A stretch of DNA of 64,000 nt from Eledone cirrhosa (GCA_964016885.1 OZ024754.1:5270001-5334000), one strand, 5' to 3'. Counted from the first letter of the stretch, positions 44,083 to 59,096 are shown. A program made the numbers and translations. The notes: a model not told the origin generated them from the sequence alone.

Positions 44083-44401
44083 ACATATACACATATATAA
44101 ATACATATATACATATATTCGCATGTATATATATGCATGCATACATATATATATATATATATATATGTATGCATACATATATATATATATATGTGCGTTG
44201 TGTAATATATATTCATATGCATATACATGTATATAGAAGAAGAATGGTCCTCATTTGGGCACAAGGCTTTCCCAGAAACCCATTTCTTCAGCACACTACC
44301 CGTGTACACACATACACGGTTTTGCATGAATCTTAATTTATTTATTTACTTCTAAACTTATTCAATGAGAGAGAGGAAATACGAAAGAGATATAGAGGAA
44401 G

Positions 44402-44566
44402 AATCAACCCCAGTACTAGACTGGTACTTTGTTTATCGACCTAGAAAGGATGAAAGGCCAGGTTGACCTCGGCGGGATTTGACCGCAGAGAGCAGAGAGC
44501 CGGACGAATACCGTAAAGCCTTCTAACCAACGTTCTAACGACTCTGCCAACTCGCCGCCTCTATAA
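44402..44566 (-). mobile_element. tRNA-derived SINE (family A-related subfamily)
   Basis: Reverse complement: GAGGCGGCGAGTTGGCAGAGTCGTTAG...GGTCAAATCCCGCCGAGGTCAACC...GCCTTTCATCC...GTCGATAAACAAAGTACCAG. Confidence 0.85.
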
Positions 44567-44934
44567 TTCTATCCAACGTTCTAACGACTCCGCCAACTCG
44601 CCGCCTCTATAATTCTAACCAACGTTCTAACGACTCCGCCAACTCGCCGCCTCTATAATTCTAACCAACGTTCTAACGACTCCGCCAACTCGCCGCCTCT
44701 ATAATTCTAACCAACGTTCTAACGACTCCGCCAACTCGCCGCCTCTATAATTCTAACCAACGTTCTAACGACTCCGCTAACTCGCCGCCTCTATAATTCT
44801 AACCAACGTTCTAACGACTCCGCCAACTCGCCGCCTCTATAATTCTAACCAACGTTCTAACGACTCTGCCAACTCGCCGCCTCTATAATTCTAACCAACG
44901 TTCTAATGACTCCGCCAACCCGCCGCCTCTATAA
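44521..44934 (-). repeat. 9 x 46-bp tandem array of the SINE 5' head
   Basis: Unit TTCTAACCAACGTTCTAACGACTCCGCCAACTCGCCGCCTCTATAA; 414 bp = 9 units. Confidence 0.95.
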
Positions 44935-45059
44935 GCGATAGCAAACAGTCAAAAGAGACACATAACCTATATGAAGTATTTATTTAATTCTTTATGATTT
45001 TAAAGAAATATTAGTGCTATACAATTAAACACCAGAAAGCCTTGATTAAAAATCGTATT

Positions 45060-45390
45060 TATTTTATGTTGTCTCTGTTCACTGTCAGAACTTTGTAAGG
45101 GTTAAGTAATCATATTGATAGCCTCCCCACAATCCCGGCGGACAGAATGGAGAAGGCGTTTTCCTGGAGGATGGTAAGGGAGATGCGCTGGAAGAGCCAT
45201 TCTAACTCGCGAGGCTCATACCTGCGGCCGGCTAGCACAGCGCCTATGATGGTGAGTAAGGAGGTAGCCCTAGGGCTGAGGACACTAGAAGTCTCCACTG
45301 CCAAGGGTACGACCGAAAACCAGTCGGAGAGCGACCGGTATTTGGAGAGTTTGGCCCCCCTCAGCCCGACGCTAGCAGAACCTGGATTAA
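45060..45390 (-). mobile_element. CRE-like non-LTR retrotransposon 3' fragment (RLE C-terminus)
   Basis: KYRSLSDWFSVVPLAVETSSVLSPRA...ELEWLFQRISLTILQENAFSIL is typical of CRE C-termini. Confidence 0.65.
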
Positions 45391-46299
45391 TATATAAAGA
45401 CCCCTAAAATCTACCACCTGTCATAGACTCTTGACATACAATACAAACCCAGCATCCGTATTACAGACACAAACACACACACATGATCTGCACCGCCTGT
45501 GTACGTTGATTTGTAGTGAACATGCATAGTTTCACCATGACAGTCATAAACACTCAACCAACACACGACATTTTGATCATTAGATTTTCGCCCAAATCTC
45601 ACTTGTTCTATTTCTTACTTACAATGTACAACTAAAAACTATATAGTAAACATTTTTATTCACTATTTTTTTTATTTGTATCGATTAGCTTTGTTTTGAT
45701 GTTTTTTTTTCCTGGTACGTTTTTCACTGGATTCCCTTTACACTGACACACACACACATATGCACACACACACACATGCATGTACACATACACACACACA
45801 CATGCGCACATACATACACATGTATGCCCACATACACATCTAGATTATCGGATTACACTAGATATATTAAAAGCAAGAGAGGGGGAGAAAGAAGTAGAGA
45901 GAGAGAAAAGATAGACAGACGTTGTGCAGTGTCATTCAGTTAAACAAAGAAAATCAATTGACATTTTTTTATAATTTGTATTTATTTTTTAAACTCTCCT
46001 TTTTCTCCTCCCAAGCTCTCGTTGATATTTTTTTGTTTTGAAGTTCCTGTTAGACTTATTTTAATAGCATCACTGAACGCTAATGAAGTTCACTTTGTAA
46101 AAATTAGGTTCTGCGTTCGATACCACAACGTGAGCTTTTAAGTAAGAGTCACGTACCACAACCATGGGTCGCCTCCAAGCTTTGTGAATGAAATTTCGTA
46201 GACAGAAACTGTTTAGATGCCCGTCCGAAGGGATGTGTGTAATTCAAACGTCTAGCCGTGTTATGCACCGTGTTTCGCAGAATATTCTCGAGAATTACC

Positions 46300-46470
46300 T
46301 TTAGCGTAGACGTTCTAGTTTGGGCAGCTTTCCACAAGAACAAGGAAGTACTAACACCAACACGAGTTTCCTATCATTTGAAGGCTAACATTTTCGATAC
46401 TTACATCCTACCAGTTGTGCTATATGGTCTTGGCTGTGTTAATTGGACGACAAGATCACTTCGGAAGCTC
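46300..46470 (+). mobile_element. RTE-like LINE fragment
   Basis: WAAFHKNKEVL...LKANIFDTYILPVVLYGL. Confidence 0.6.
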
Positions 46471-46473
46471 TCT

Positions 46474-46953
46474 ACATCATCACAACAACAAACACCACCA
46501 CTACCATTACATCAAGACCACCACCACTACCATCACCACCACCATCACCACCACCACTACCATCACCACCACCACCACCACCATCACAACAACCACCACC
46601 ACTACCATTACATCAACACTATCACAACCACTATCATCACCACCACCATCACCACCACCACTACCATCACCACCACCATCACCACCACCACCACCACCAC
46701 AACACCATCACAACAACCACCACCACTACCATTACATCAACACTATCACAACCACTACCATCACCACCACCACCACCACCACCACTACCATCACCACCAC
46801 CATCACCACCACCACCACCACAACACCATCACAACAACCACCACCACTACCATTACATCAACACTATCACCACCACTACCATCACCAGCACCACTACCAT
46901 CACCACCACTATCACCACTATCACCACTATCACCACCACACCACCACCACCAC
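46474..46953. repeat. (CAC/CAT)n with higher-order repeats
   Basis: Recurring ACAACCACCACCACTACCATTACATCAACACTATCAC blocks. Confidence 0.85.
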
Positions 46954-47215
46954 TATAGCTATCATGTTAATACCCTCTTGTTCAATTATCCATTGTTCTG
47001 TCTATATGATATAATCAATAACATTGACTATTCTTTGATGATGAGGCATCATTAGAAGAGCTAACGCTTGCTTAATTTCTTACTTTCTCCCTATCTCTCT
47101 CTCTCTCTCTCTATCTCTATCTATCTATCTATCTATCTCTATCTCCATGTATCTATTCCTCTATCTACCTATCTATTTAACTAGGTATATCTGCCTTTGT
47201 GTGTCTATATATATA

Positions 47216-47281
<66 letters not shown>

Positions 47282-48199
47282 CTCTTGTCTCTCTCTCTTG
47301 TCTCTCTTTCTCCCCCTCTCTCTCTTTCTTTTCTCATCTCTCTTTTTCCCTCTATCTTTCTCTCTCTCTCTTTCACACTCTCTCCCTCTCTCTTGCTCTC
47401 TCACCATTATCCCTCTATTATCTCCACCAACGCCGCATCGTTTCCAGTACGCCATCGCAATCATCAGTATTAGCAGCATGACATACAGACATACATCATC
47501 ATCGCCATCCACATAATTATCTTTATCACCATCACTCTCAACATCCTCCTCATCCTCATCCTCATCCTCATCATCATCATCACCATCACCCTCATCACCC
47601 TCATTATCATCACCATCAGCCTCATTATCACCATCACCCTCATTATCACCATCACCCTCATCATCACCATCACCCTCATTATCATCACCATCATCCTCAT
47701 CACCATCACCATCATCAACATTATCAACACCAACACCGTCATCTTCATGATTATCATCATCATTACCATGCAGTTAATTATCGTCTTCATCACCATCGTC
47801 ATCACCATCGTCATCAACATCGTCATCACCATCATCATCATCATCATCGTCGTCGTCTAGATTAGTTCAGCCATCTAAATCACCAACATTACCAACACAA
47901 TCAACGTGGTTCTAAGAACAAACGCCCTCTGTCACAAGCAACACCACGATCACAACCCCAGCAACACTACCCCCAGCAACCCTACCCCAGCAACACTACC
48001 CCCAGCAACCCTACCCCAGCAACCCTGCCCTAGCAAACCTACCCTAGCAAACCTACCCTAGCAATCCTACCCTAGCCAACCTACCCTACCGTAGTCATCC
48101 ACGGTCGATGGAATAGAATACCAGTCATGTACTAGTGTCAATATAATCGACGTTTCATTCCACCTGGACGATTGACCTTATGAATAAATTAAGTTTAAA

Positions 48200-48453
48200 A
48201 AAGTAAGTCCCAAGCCTGGAGGTGCACAGTCGGGTTTTTATCCCAGTTTTCATTGATGTTAAGTGACTGAAAGTACAAGACTTCCCCCAAACAGGACGCC
48301 AGTCCATCGCAGGGTTAACTCCCAGCTATTGCTGGTACCCATTTCCAGGTGTGTATACTGAAGCAATGTGAAATGATGAGTTTTGCTGAAAAACACAACG
48401 CGCAACTTTATGCTCGTACGTGATACACCCTAACAACTATTTCATGCGCCTTC
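48200..48453 (-). mobile_element. tRNA-derived SINE family B (decayed)
   Basis: Ends in CATGCGCCTTC (reverse complement of head GAAGGCGCATG); body GGTACCCATTT...AGCAATGTGAAAT...ACACAACGC. Confidence 0.6.
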
Positions 48454-48460
48454 ACACCTG

Positions 48461-48700
48461 AAGGCGCATGGCTTAGTGGTTAGAGCATTGGGCTTGCAGT
48501 CAAAAGGTTGTGAGTTCAATTCTCAGAGCGGGGGATGTGTTGTTTCCTTTAGCAAGACACTTTATTTCACGTTGCTCCAGTTTACTTAGCTGTAGAATTG
48601 AGATGATAGGACTGCGGTCCCTATCATTAAATCACCCAAGACACCCCCAGCGAGATATACCTTGGAGGAGGCCAGCTAAACCTGCATAGGTGTGAGCTGT
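48461..48700 (+). mobile_element. tRNA-derived SINE family B (CORE-like body)
   Basis: A box TGGCTTAGTGG, B box GAGTTCAATTC, AGCAAGACACTTTATTTCACGTTGCTCCAG body. Confidence 0.75.
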
Positions 48701-48930
48701 CACACACACACACACACACACCTGAAGAGAAGTTGAACTCAGCAGTATTCGATCCCAGAATGTAAAACAAAAATTGAAATACATGTGGGGAAATGTTGCT
48801 CAATGATGTAACGATCCGACCAGTCCAATATCTAAAGAGGGTGACAGTAAAGATATAAAAATACAAGAAAACAAAAGCTAAAATGTTGAAGAGTGAAGGG
48901 TAATGAAAGAAATGAATAAAGGACGAACTT

Positions 48931-49110
48931 AATAATTGTTTCTACTTTTGGCACAAGGCCAGCAATTACCCAGTGATTACTGGTACTTTATTTTATCGAG
49001 CCCGTAAAGATGAAAGGCAAAGTTAACCTCGGCGGGATTTGAACTCAGAATGGCAAGGGCCATAACTCTATGCGTCAAAGCATGGTGTCCTACCCTCTAC
49101 CGATACTGAC
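48931..49110 (-). mobile_element. SINE family A
   Basis: Reverse complement of the family sequence. Confidence 0.9.
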
Positions 49111-49418
49111 AAAATGAATCAGAAACAAGAACAGAACTGGAGTATAAATATGGCAACGAAAATAGGATTTAAACTGAAGGAGAAAATTATGAAAATGTAG
49201 AACAATTCTTGAAAATTAGTATTTAAAATTAAATAGTCTTGATTGTGATGAAGCTGGTTGTTCGGGGAATGTTGGTGGGGTCGAAGCCCGCTCTCATGGT
49301 AGCAATGGTCGTATAAAAATTACCCTGCCCATTCTACCAGTACACTATTTTTGTTGTGATTATTGGCAATGCAAATTCCGTGATATTTTGGGAAATATAA
49401 AATCATTATATAAGGGCA

Positions 49419-49738
49419 ATGGATTGGTAGTATCGGTAGAGGGTCGGACGCCAAGCATAGAGTTACGGCCCTTGCCATTCTGAGTTCAAATCCCGCCGTT
49501 ACGGGGTCGATTAAATAAAGTACCAGTAATACAATGGGATAATTGCTGGCCTTGTGCGAAATGTAAAAACAATTATATATATATATATATATATAATTGT
49601 TTCTACTTTAGGCACAAGGCCAGCATTAGTACCAGTGCATTACTGGTACTTTATTTTATCGACCCCGTAAGGATGAAAGGCAAAGTCAACCTCGGCGGGA
49701 TTTGAACTCAGATCATAAAAAGGACGTAACTATGCTGG
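49419..49738. mobile_element. Two SINE family A copies tail-to-tail (49419-49576 +, 49594-49738 -) around a short (TA)n
   Basis: Consensus motifs on opposite strands. Confidence 0.85.
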
Positions 49739-49785
49739 ATATATAATAATTATAAAATGGGGGACATCCTATACATATATATATA

Positions 49786-49870
49786 CAGGGTGTCCCCAAA
49801 AAACGTATACACATATCTATTAGAATGCTGTTGAAACGTGTGTATGAATGAATTTTTTGGGGACAGCCTG
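49786..49870. mobile_element. Tc1/mariner-type MITE
   Basis: TA-CAGGGTGTCCCCAAAAAA...TTTTTTGGGGACAGCCTG-TA. Confidence 0.75.
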
Positions 49871-50452
49871 TATAAATACATATATATATGGGTGTGTGTG
49901 TGTGTGTGTCTCTAGGCATGTATGAAGGGAGGGATGTATGGATGGATGGATGTATGTGTATGTATACACGTACGTAAGCTATGCATGTATGTATGTATGT
50001 ATATATGTATGTATGTGTGTGTGTATGTGTGTATCTAAGCGTGTATGTGTATCTGTACATATTGGTTGCAGTTGATTTCAGTCTCCAGCCGTGGTTAACT
50101 ATCAACTAATTAGGATGTCCCCTCGCGGCACTGAGACCCTTCTCTTCAAACAATTCGCCACTAAATACTAACCACCCTTGTTGCTGTTGTTGTTGCTGTA
50201 GCTGCTTCTCTTCTGATTGGCCAAGGTGCTGCTGTTGTTTTTGCAGTTATTTTTAGTGATTGGTCGCAGTTTTTGCTGCTGCTGCTGCTGCTGCTCTTTA
50301 TGCTGTTGCTGCTGTTGTTGTTATAGTTGTTACTGCTACTGCTGCTACTGCTGTTGCTACTGCTGTTGTTGCTGCTGCTGTGCTGGTGGTGATGTTGCTA
50401 TACACAGTTCATCGACCACCACCCATGTCGCTCTTGTCATCAAGGTTGTCAG

Positions 50453-50593
50453 CATAATCATCACCATTATCATCATCATCATCATAATCATCATAAACAT
50501 CATAATCATCATCATCACCATTATCATCATCATCATCATCATCATAATCCTCATCATCATCATCATCATAATCATCATAATCATAATCATCAT

Positions 50594-50635
<42 letters not shown>

Positions 50636-50872
50636 CATCATCATAATCATCATAATCATAATCATCATCACCATCATAATCATCACCATTATCATCATCA
50701 CCATTATCATCATCATCATAATCATCATAATCATAATCATCATAATCATCACCATTATCATCATCTTCATAATCATCATAATCATCATCATCATCACCAT
50801 TATCATCATGATCATAATCATCATCACCATCATCATCATCACCATCATAATCATCATCAATATCATCATCAA
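50453..50872. repeat. (ATC)n microsatellite
   Basis: Direct observation. Confidence 0.95.
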
Positions 50873-51026
50873 TTTTTTTTTCTTCTACTATTTTACGTAG
50901 TTTTCTTCATAGCTTTGTTTTCTCCTTCTTTAAGCAACTGTAAGTCGCTGATGTTTCAGAAATGGTAAAATGCTGGATTAGAATAACTCGCTTCGGGTGA
51001 AGTCAGCTTTGCTATTGAATGATATT

Positions 51027-51207
51027 TGTTTCTACTGGCACAAGGCCAGCAATTACCCAGTTCATTACTGGTACTTTATTTTATCGACCCCGTAAGGATG
51101 AAAGGCAAAGTCAACCTCGGCGGGATTTGAACTCAGATCGTAAAGGGACGTAACTATGCTGGAAAGCATGGCGTCCGACCCTCTACCGATACTGCCCATC
51201 CACCGCC
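51027..51207 (-). mobile_element. Full-length SINE family A with 15-bp TSD
   Basis: TSD CTATTGAATGATATT at 51012-51026 and 51207-51221. Confidence 0.92.
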
Positions 51208-51561
51208 TATTGAATGATATTGAGCAGCGAACTGAGTAGGAGGAAGCTACGAGTAAAATACGTAAGAGGTTTAACAGAACACGTGTACTGTGAGTAAATT
51301 ATAAACCAAACCAAACAAGAATGATCTGTAAAAAACTATGAGTCAATGATGGGGGTTTATGATCTACTGGGGATGATAGGAACCAGCGAGGTATCTTTAA
51401 ACTCATGGGTGAGTTGCAACACTACGATGAGTTATGTGCCAAGCTACTACAATGTTACTTGACAGTTTGGTGCCAGCTTGAGAAGTCTGAGTAAACGACT
51501 AATGTTTGGGTCATCAAATGTTTTATGATATATTGAGGAACCACGAAAGAACGAAGGGACA

Positions 51562-51790
51562 TTAGCCCTTTAACATTTACATTGCTCTATATGTATTATT
51601 GTATTTTCACGGTAAACACTTTGTTTCTCATAATTATCTCTCATAATATTGAATCTATGAGATTTTGATATTATTTATTTTGAGAACAATACCTTAACAT
51701 CAGTATGTTGGGCCATTTACAGCTGGTTTGAACAGAAAGAGGTAAGAGAATTCTGGCCGGATATGGCCGGTTTGAATGCTAAAGGATTAA
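51562..51790. mobile_element. piggyBac-like MITE (decayed)
   Basis: Ends TTAG-CCCTTTAACATT ... AATGCTAAAGGA-TTAA; internal GGCCGGATATGGCCGG. Confidence 0.55.
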
Positions 51791-52272
51791 GCTAACAAAG
51801 TGCTGATGAGAGATAGCTGACAAAACGAAGGAGCTACGCGCCATATAGGGTTCTACAAGCCAGTGTGGGAATTATCAGGAAATTACAAACTAACTATGTA
51901 GCTGACTTATTCTTGAGAGGGTCGTGAGGGCAGAGGCCTCAAACACTCCTCCAGTGGATCCGGCTAGATCCCCAAGCGAGACAAGCCTAGCTGATGGATG
52001 TTATCGAACCAACTTGTTCATGGTCGACACATAGGTCTCATGTCTGATGATTTTGCCAGTGATATCTTTCAAGCGATTCTTTCCTCATTCAAGATATACT
52101 AAATGCTTTGTTGCTCACACTGTAGAGCAATTAAACATACTAACATTTTCCAGTGACGCAGACAAATGCAAATAGTACAGTACAGAGAAGAGTGAACAAA
52201 AAGTGATAGGAGAAAACCTCTAGGATATAAGTATTGACGTACTTGGTTTGTAGATGGTAAAGTAGGCCATAC

Positions 52273-52311
<39 letters not shown>

Positions 52312-52312
52312 A

Positions 52313-52449
<137 letters not shown>

Positions 52450-52453
52450 CATG

Positions 52454-52486
<33 letters not shown>

Positions 52487-52511
52487 TTATATCTAAACAT
52501 TTATATATATA

Positions 52512-52569
<58 letters not shown>

Positions 52570-52928
52570 TATGCATGCATATATTGACTTAGAAATTTCC
52601 TACCGTATTTCAATACTGCTTTGATTAATATAGACGAAATATTGCTAGATTGCAGGGAAGAAAATGTAAGCAAAGACAGTGAAACTTAATCATGTCGGGG
52701 ATAGACGATAAAACAATATTCCAGAATGCTAGTTATTGGATACACTCCGTTTAAGTCAGTCAGTTCCTTGTATTGCAAATTTATAGCAGACATATATATT
52801 TTTTAAAACGAAGAGAAAAATGATATCATGACATATCGATGAAAACAACTTTTCCAATAAAGATTGGAATTTTCCAATCCGATTGCTTTTTTCCGTTTTC
52901 CTTTTCCTTTTCCTTTTCCTTTGTTTGA

Positions 52929-52959
<31 letters not shown>

Positions 52960-53190
52960 CTGGTTTGTGTTTGTGTAGTTCTTTGTTAATATTGTTGTTG
53001 TTGTTGTTGTTTAGCTCTGACACTCCTAATGCACCTAGTGAACCTGATGGTCTGATTGTACACATCTATAGTTACTATGGAGAATTAATATATTTCCATT
53101 TTTTTTTTTTTGGAGGGGGGTTCTACGTGGCTAATATAAATTTATATGCAAGGCACTAAGATGGACTAACACTACATATAGAGGGAATCG

Positions 53191-53292
<102 letters not shown>

Positions 53293-54024
53293 GACACGCA
53301 GTGACTAATAACAGAATGTTTTAAATCTGCATGTCTGACATATATGCGTAGCTTGTGAATAAAAAATTCAAGGGGTGTCGCTGGCTATGGTGATCCCTGC
53401 CAAACATGTTTTGTAATGTATCGTCTTATCGTCTTATTGGGTAATCAACCAACGAGAGTAATTGTTGCTCAAAAGCATCCGCCATTTTGTTTACACGTTT
53501 ATTTATCGTTTCGCTTTCGAATCTTCCTCCTGTATTTCGTCGTTTATCATCAAAATATTTTTCTCGTTTTGGTAAGTTATATTGTTAATTTATATATGAT
53601 TTTTTTAAATTTATATTAACTATTTTTTTTCAGTTCGTTATAACATACTTATAATATTGGTTGTATCATATTTACTTGTATATTTGTCCATATTATTGTT
53701 CGTTTTATGTTAGATTATTTTATTATTATTATGTTAGATTATTTTTTATTATTATGTGAGGCTATTTGTATGTAATATTTAATTTTTATTAATTCAACTA
53801 TAACAATTATTATGTAAAATATATTTATTTAATATTGATTGTTTTTGTAGTTGTTTATATTAAAAGTCTGAAAATATTTTTATACATCTTACAATAATAT
53901 TTATAAGATCATTTATAAAATAACCATTATATAATCTAATTACATTACAACGATAATTTATTATTAATATATATCAGGTTTAACTAGAGTTATTACAAGC
54001 GTTGCCTTAAAAAAATATTAAACT

Positions 54025-54465
54025 AGACCTAAAAAATACGCAAGCTCAAAAGAGCCACATAATGTTTTAATAAACCTTCAAAAGTGTGGGACTAGAGTTG
54101 TTGTTCAAAAATATTGTAATCATTATCTATCGTACACTCTGTGGCATCCTTTTATAAAAAAGAGACTCATAACGAACTGAAGACGACACGATAATTATTT
54201 AAGTGAATTTATAATATAGAATTCGGTTTAAGTGCATTTCGTATTAAACATTACTAAACATCTAATATGACATATTGAACATTAGCTTAAATAATTATGG
54301 TTCTCGTCTTGAGTTCTTTATGAGTCTCTTTTTTATAAAAGGATGCCACAGAGTGTACGATAGATAATGATTTTAATATTTTTGATCAACAACTCTAGTC
54401 CCACACAATTGAAGGTTTATTATAACATTCTGTGGCTCTTTTGAGCTTGCGCATTTTTCAGGTCT
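54025..54465. mobile_element. Foldback element with ~180-bp imperfect inverted arms
   Basis: 54025-54203 is the reverse complement of 54286-54465, with an 82-bp spacer. Confidence 0.75.
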
Positions 54466-55303
54466 GCGATTGTTGTAAGGATATATATATATATCTTACA
54501 CTAATTTAGCTGAAGTAAACTAATATATCCCAAATATATGAAGGTGCTGAAGTATTACTGTGGGACAGGTGTCTCAAGCGAGAGAGAAAATATTAGAAAC
54601 TGGAAGTGACGTCTTAAAATTTTGAAGATTTAAATTGATCGATGTGCCTGGATCTACTACTTTTGATTCTACCCTTATTTATAACTGGTCTATAGAAGAT
54701 ATATTTGTTCAGTACACTTCTCTACGACCGGACATACATTCATGGGACTTATTCGTTCAAATTATCTTCACTGGTGGAATAGATATTCCTATGAATACAT
54801 TATAAAATGATATTTCCATGGTATCGTTATCGTTATCGTTATAAATATGTTAATTATCAAAGGGCATTGTACATGGTTTAAAGATGATTGTATGGGTGGA
54901 ATTTCCGAGTAATTAGCTAGTTTCAACTAAATAAGACATTAAGTCCTAGTACAACACATACTAAATGCATGCATGCACATCGTTCCATATTTTGTCAATA
55001 CACCTAGAGTTTGTGTTTGTACATTCAACAGAGACAGTCATAGCGCGGGAGTTCCCTATCCATTGTACATGTTCATAAAGGACCACTCTAAACCCGGCGC
55101 TGGAAGATTAATTCGATTTTATAATCTATAGTCTTGATCGTATTTCTGAACATAAATGTTCAGAAATATACAAAATATGTATACATGTATGTGTATGGTA
55201 TACATATAAACACATATAAAAGAAAAGAAAAACAAAACAACTTCACAAAGGAAACATGAGAAAAGAAAGAATCCTATGCACACATAAAAATCCCTATATA
55301 CAA

Positions 55304-55343
<40 letters not shown>

Positions 55344-55389
55344 GTGTGTGTGTGTATAAATATATATATATAAAAATAATATATATTTA

Positions 55390-55477
<88 letters not shown>

Positions 55478-55671
55478 GCGTCTGTGTATGTGTGAGGCCA
55501 CGTCGGAGAAGTCTGATGTTTTTTCTTTTAAATATGGATATATACACATAGATACATCTTTAAAGACGGATGTCATTGGATATATACATAACAAGAGCGA
55601 GGAATATGTACATTTATACAAAATCCACATCATCTGCATACAGATTTCTGCATACATACAAAGACACATTC

Positions 55672-55806
<135 letters not shown>

Positions 55807-55939
55807 AAAATAAAGAGAAACATATATATTTATTCTAGCACTTCCTCTTCTATGGTGATTTATTACAGCAGAATGATTTGATCTCATAGAAGTGAGATTT
55901 AGAGATCATGGACACGCACAAACACAGACATATACACAT

Positions 55940-56017
<78 letters not shown>

Positions 56018-56060
56018 ATAATTATATATATATATATATATATGTATATTTATATATGTA

Positions 56061-56115
<55 letters not shown>

Positions 56116-56448
56116 CGGTGTGTGCATGAGCGTTTTTACCAGAATCCCATGAGAAACAAAACATATATATATATATGTATATAGTGTGAAAGATGGGATT
56201 TAGGTTTCTGAATTCATGTCTTTCATTCTCTCCGGACTTTCACTCCAATGTCTATGTTTCTAACACTTTCTTTCCTTCTGTTCCTTGCAGTGTAGAGTCT
56301 AAAACAGCTAAAACAAAACTTAAGAAACAAGACCGAAACGAACAGCACCATATTGATGACATCGCATGACATACCCCCACGCTCTCTTCTACATGCATTT
56401 ATTGTAGATATATTTATCTACATATATGCATTTATAAGTGTGTATGTA

Positions 56449-56545
<97 letters not shown>

Positions 56546-56554
56546 ACATATGTA

Positions 56555-56597
<43 letters not shown>

Positions 56598-56876
56598 GTA
56601 TACATATGTAGATGTATATATATACTATCGGACAATTTTGTATATGGATAAGCCCATTGTGTGTTTGTAAAAAACACAAGACCACATACCCCCATAAAAA
56701 CTCACATCCTCTCTTACAAACGCATGCATATACACTCACACACAGACACATACACACACATATATATGTATGTATATTCATATATATATAAATGTATGTA
56801 TAGTTATATAGATATGTATATAGATATGGATATATGTCTATGTATATGTATATAGATATATGTCTATGTATGTATA

Positions 56877-56919
<43 letters not shown>

Positions 56920-57223
56920 ATGTGTATATATATATATACAAGTATATATATTCATATATATAAGCATGTTTGTTTATGAGTGATGTTTTTTTACATACAG
57001 ATCTTATCGTATGTGTATCAAGTCAATTGAAAAACAAAATGGAGGAAAGACACGACAACAACGATAACGATATTTTCAAATATAAATATAAATATGAATA
57101 TATTTTACTCTGACGACACGGTCAGAATATGGTATGTGGGTACATGGATCGTGACACGTTCAGAAACAGACAGAGGCACGTATATTTGAGTACATTCAGA
57201 TAGCACACGTACATACACCTGTA

Positions 57224-57256
<33 letters not shown>

Positions 57257-57286
57257 ATATGCATGTATATATGTATATATTTACAG

Positions 57287-57360
<74 letters not shown>

Positions 57361-57404
57361 ATGTGTGTGTGTGTGTGTGTGTGTATACGTATGTATATAT
57401 ATAT

Positions 57405-57436
<32 letters not shown>

Positions 57437-57484
57437 ATAAGGGTTGTCGGACCCAGCATATTTATCAATGCCAGTACCGTATAT

Positions 57485-57515
<31 letters not shown>

Positions 57516-57757
57516 CATATATATATTTATCTGTGTGTATACAATTATATATATATATTCACACACATATATATATATATATATGTTATAATGTATATGT
57601 TACGTATACATATTCACAGACACACATGTGTTTATATATATGCATATGCATATGTTTATATATACATTTGTTTAAATACATATATAACCTACACACACAC
57701 ATATATATATATATATATATGTAAATACATAAATATATACATACATACATATACATA

Positions 57758-57799
<42 letters not shown>

Positions 57800-58185
57800 A
57801 ATATATAAACATATACATACATATATATAACCAGACAATCACACTGAACAACAAACAACACGGAACTCCTCCATACTTTGCTAAATCTAGAGCAGACAGC
57901 TAGTTCTCGAATTGTTTATACAAATGGACAACAAGAAAACTGGTCACATGTATTTTTTTTATTTTAATCTTTTATCCATTCCTCTGTGTTTCACTTTTTC
58001 ATATATATTTTACTTTATTTTCCATTTCTTTTTCATTAATCTCTGTCAATTATTTTCTTCCTTACATACGCCAAAAATGCAATACTAAAAATACCAATAA
58101 GATAAAAATATATATATATAGTATTGCTAGATGGAATAAATAGAAAAGTATAGAAACAAACATCAATATTATCAGTGTATAAAAT

Positions 58186-58220
<35 letters not shown>

Positions 58221-58235
58221 TTGGGTGTGTTTATT

Positions 58236-58301
<66 letters not shown>

Positions 58302-58465
58302 TGTTTATATATGATATTTATATATACTTATATATGGATGTGTGTGCATATATATATATATATATATGTGTGTGTGTTTGTGTGTGTGTGTTTGTATGTG
58401 GGAGAGTGTGTGTATACATATATGAATGTCTGTGTATATATTTTGACAGTATATATATACATATA

Positions 58466-58545
<80 letters not shown>

Positions 58546-58859
58546 TGTGCCTATGTGTTGTTTGTATGTGTGATATATGCAATAAAAAAACAACAGAATG
58601 AATTTACAGAATATCCCTGTAAGAAGGAAAAGAAAAATCTGATAAAGTAAAAAAAATGAGAAAGAACACCGAGGAACGTGTATAAAGTAGGCTAAAAAAT
58701 AACATAAATCTAAGGTTGTCTCACGCTTTGAAAAATGGCGTCTGTTATTGAACAATTGTGTTAGACAAGCGTAATATTTGGACTTCATATTTGCTCATGT
58801 ATACTTACACACACACCACACACACCACACACACACACACACATATTTCTATATCTATA

Positions 58860-58944
<85 letters not shown>

Positions 58945-59065
58945 ATGTATATATTTATATATATATATGTATATATATATACATATACATATAGATATAT
59001 ATATATATGTGTGTAAATATATATATGTATATATGTGTATATATATATATATGTATGTATGTACG

Positions 59066-59096
<31 letters not shown>

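Noticed and set aside
44521-44934. CRISPR-like regular array
   Set aside because: Units are contiguous and near-identical with no unique spacers and no cas genes; the unit derives from a SINE head in eukaryotic DNA.
47955-48090. Interstitial telomeric repeat
   Set aside because: Units (CAACCCTACCCCAG / AAACCTACCCTAGC) are not CCCTAA arrays; ordinary minisatellite.
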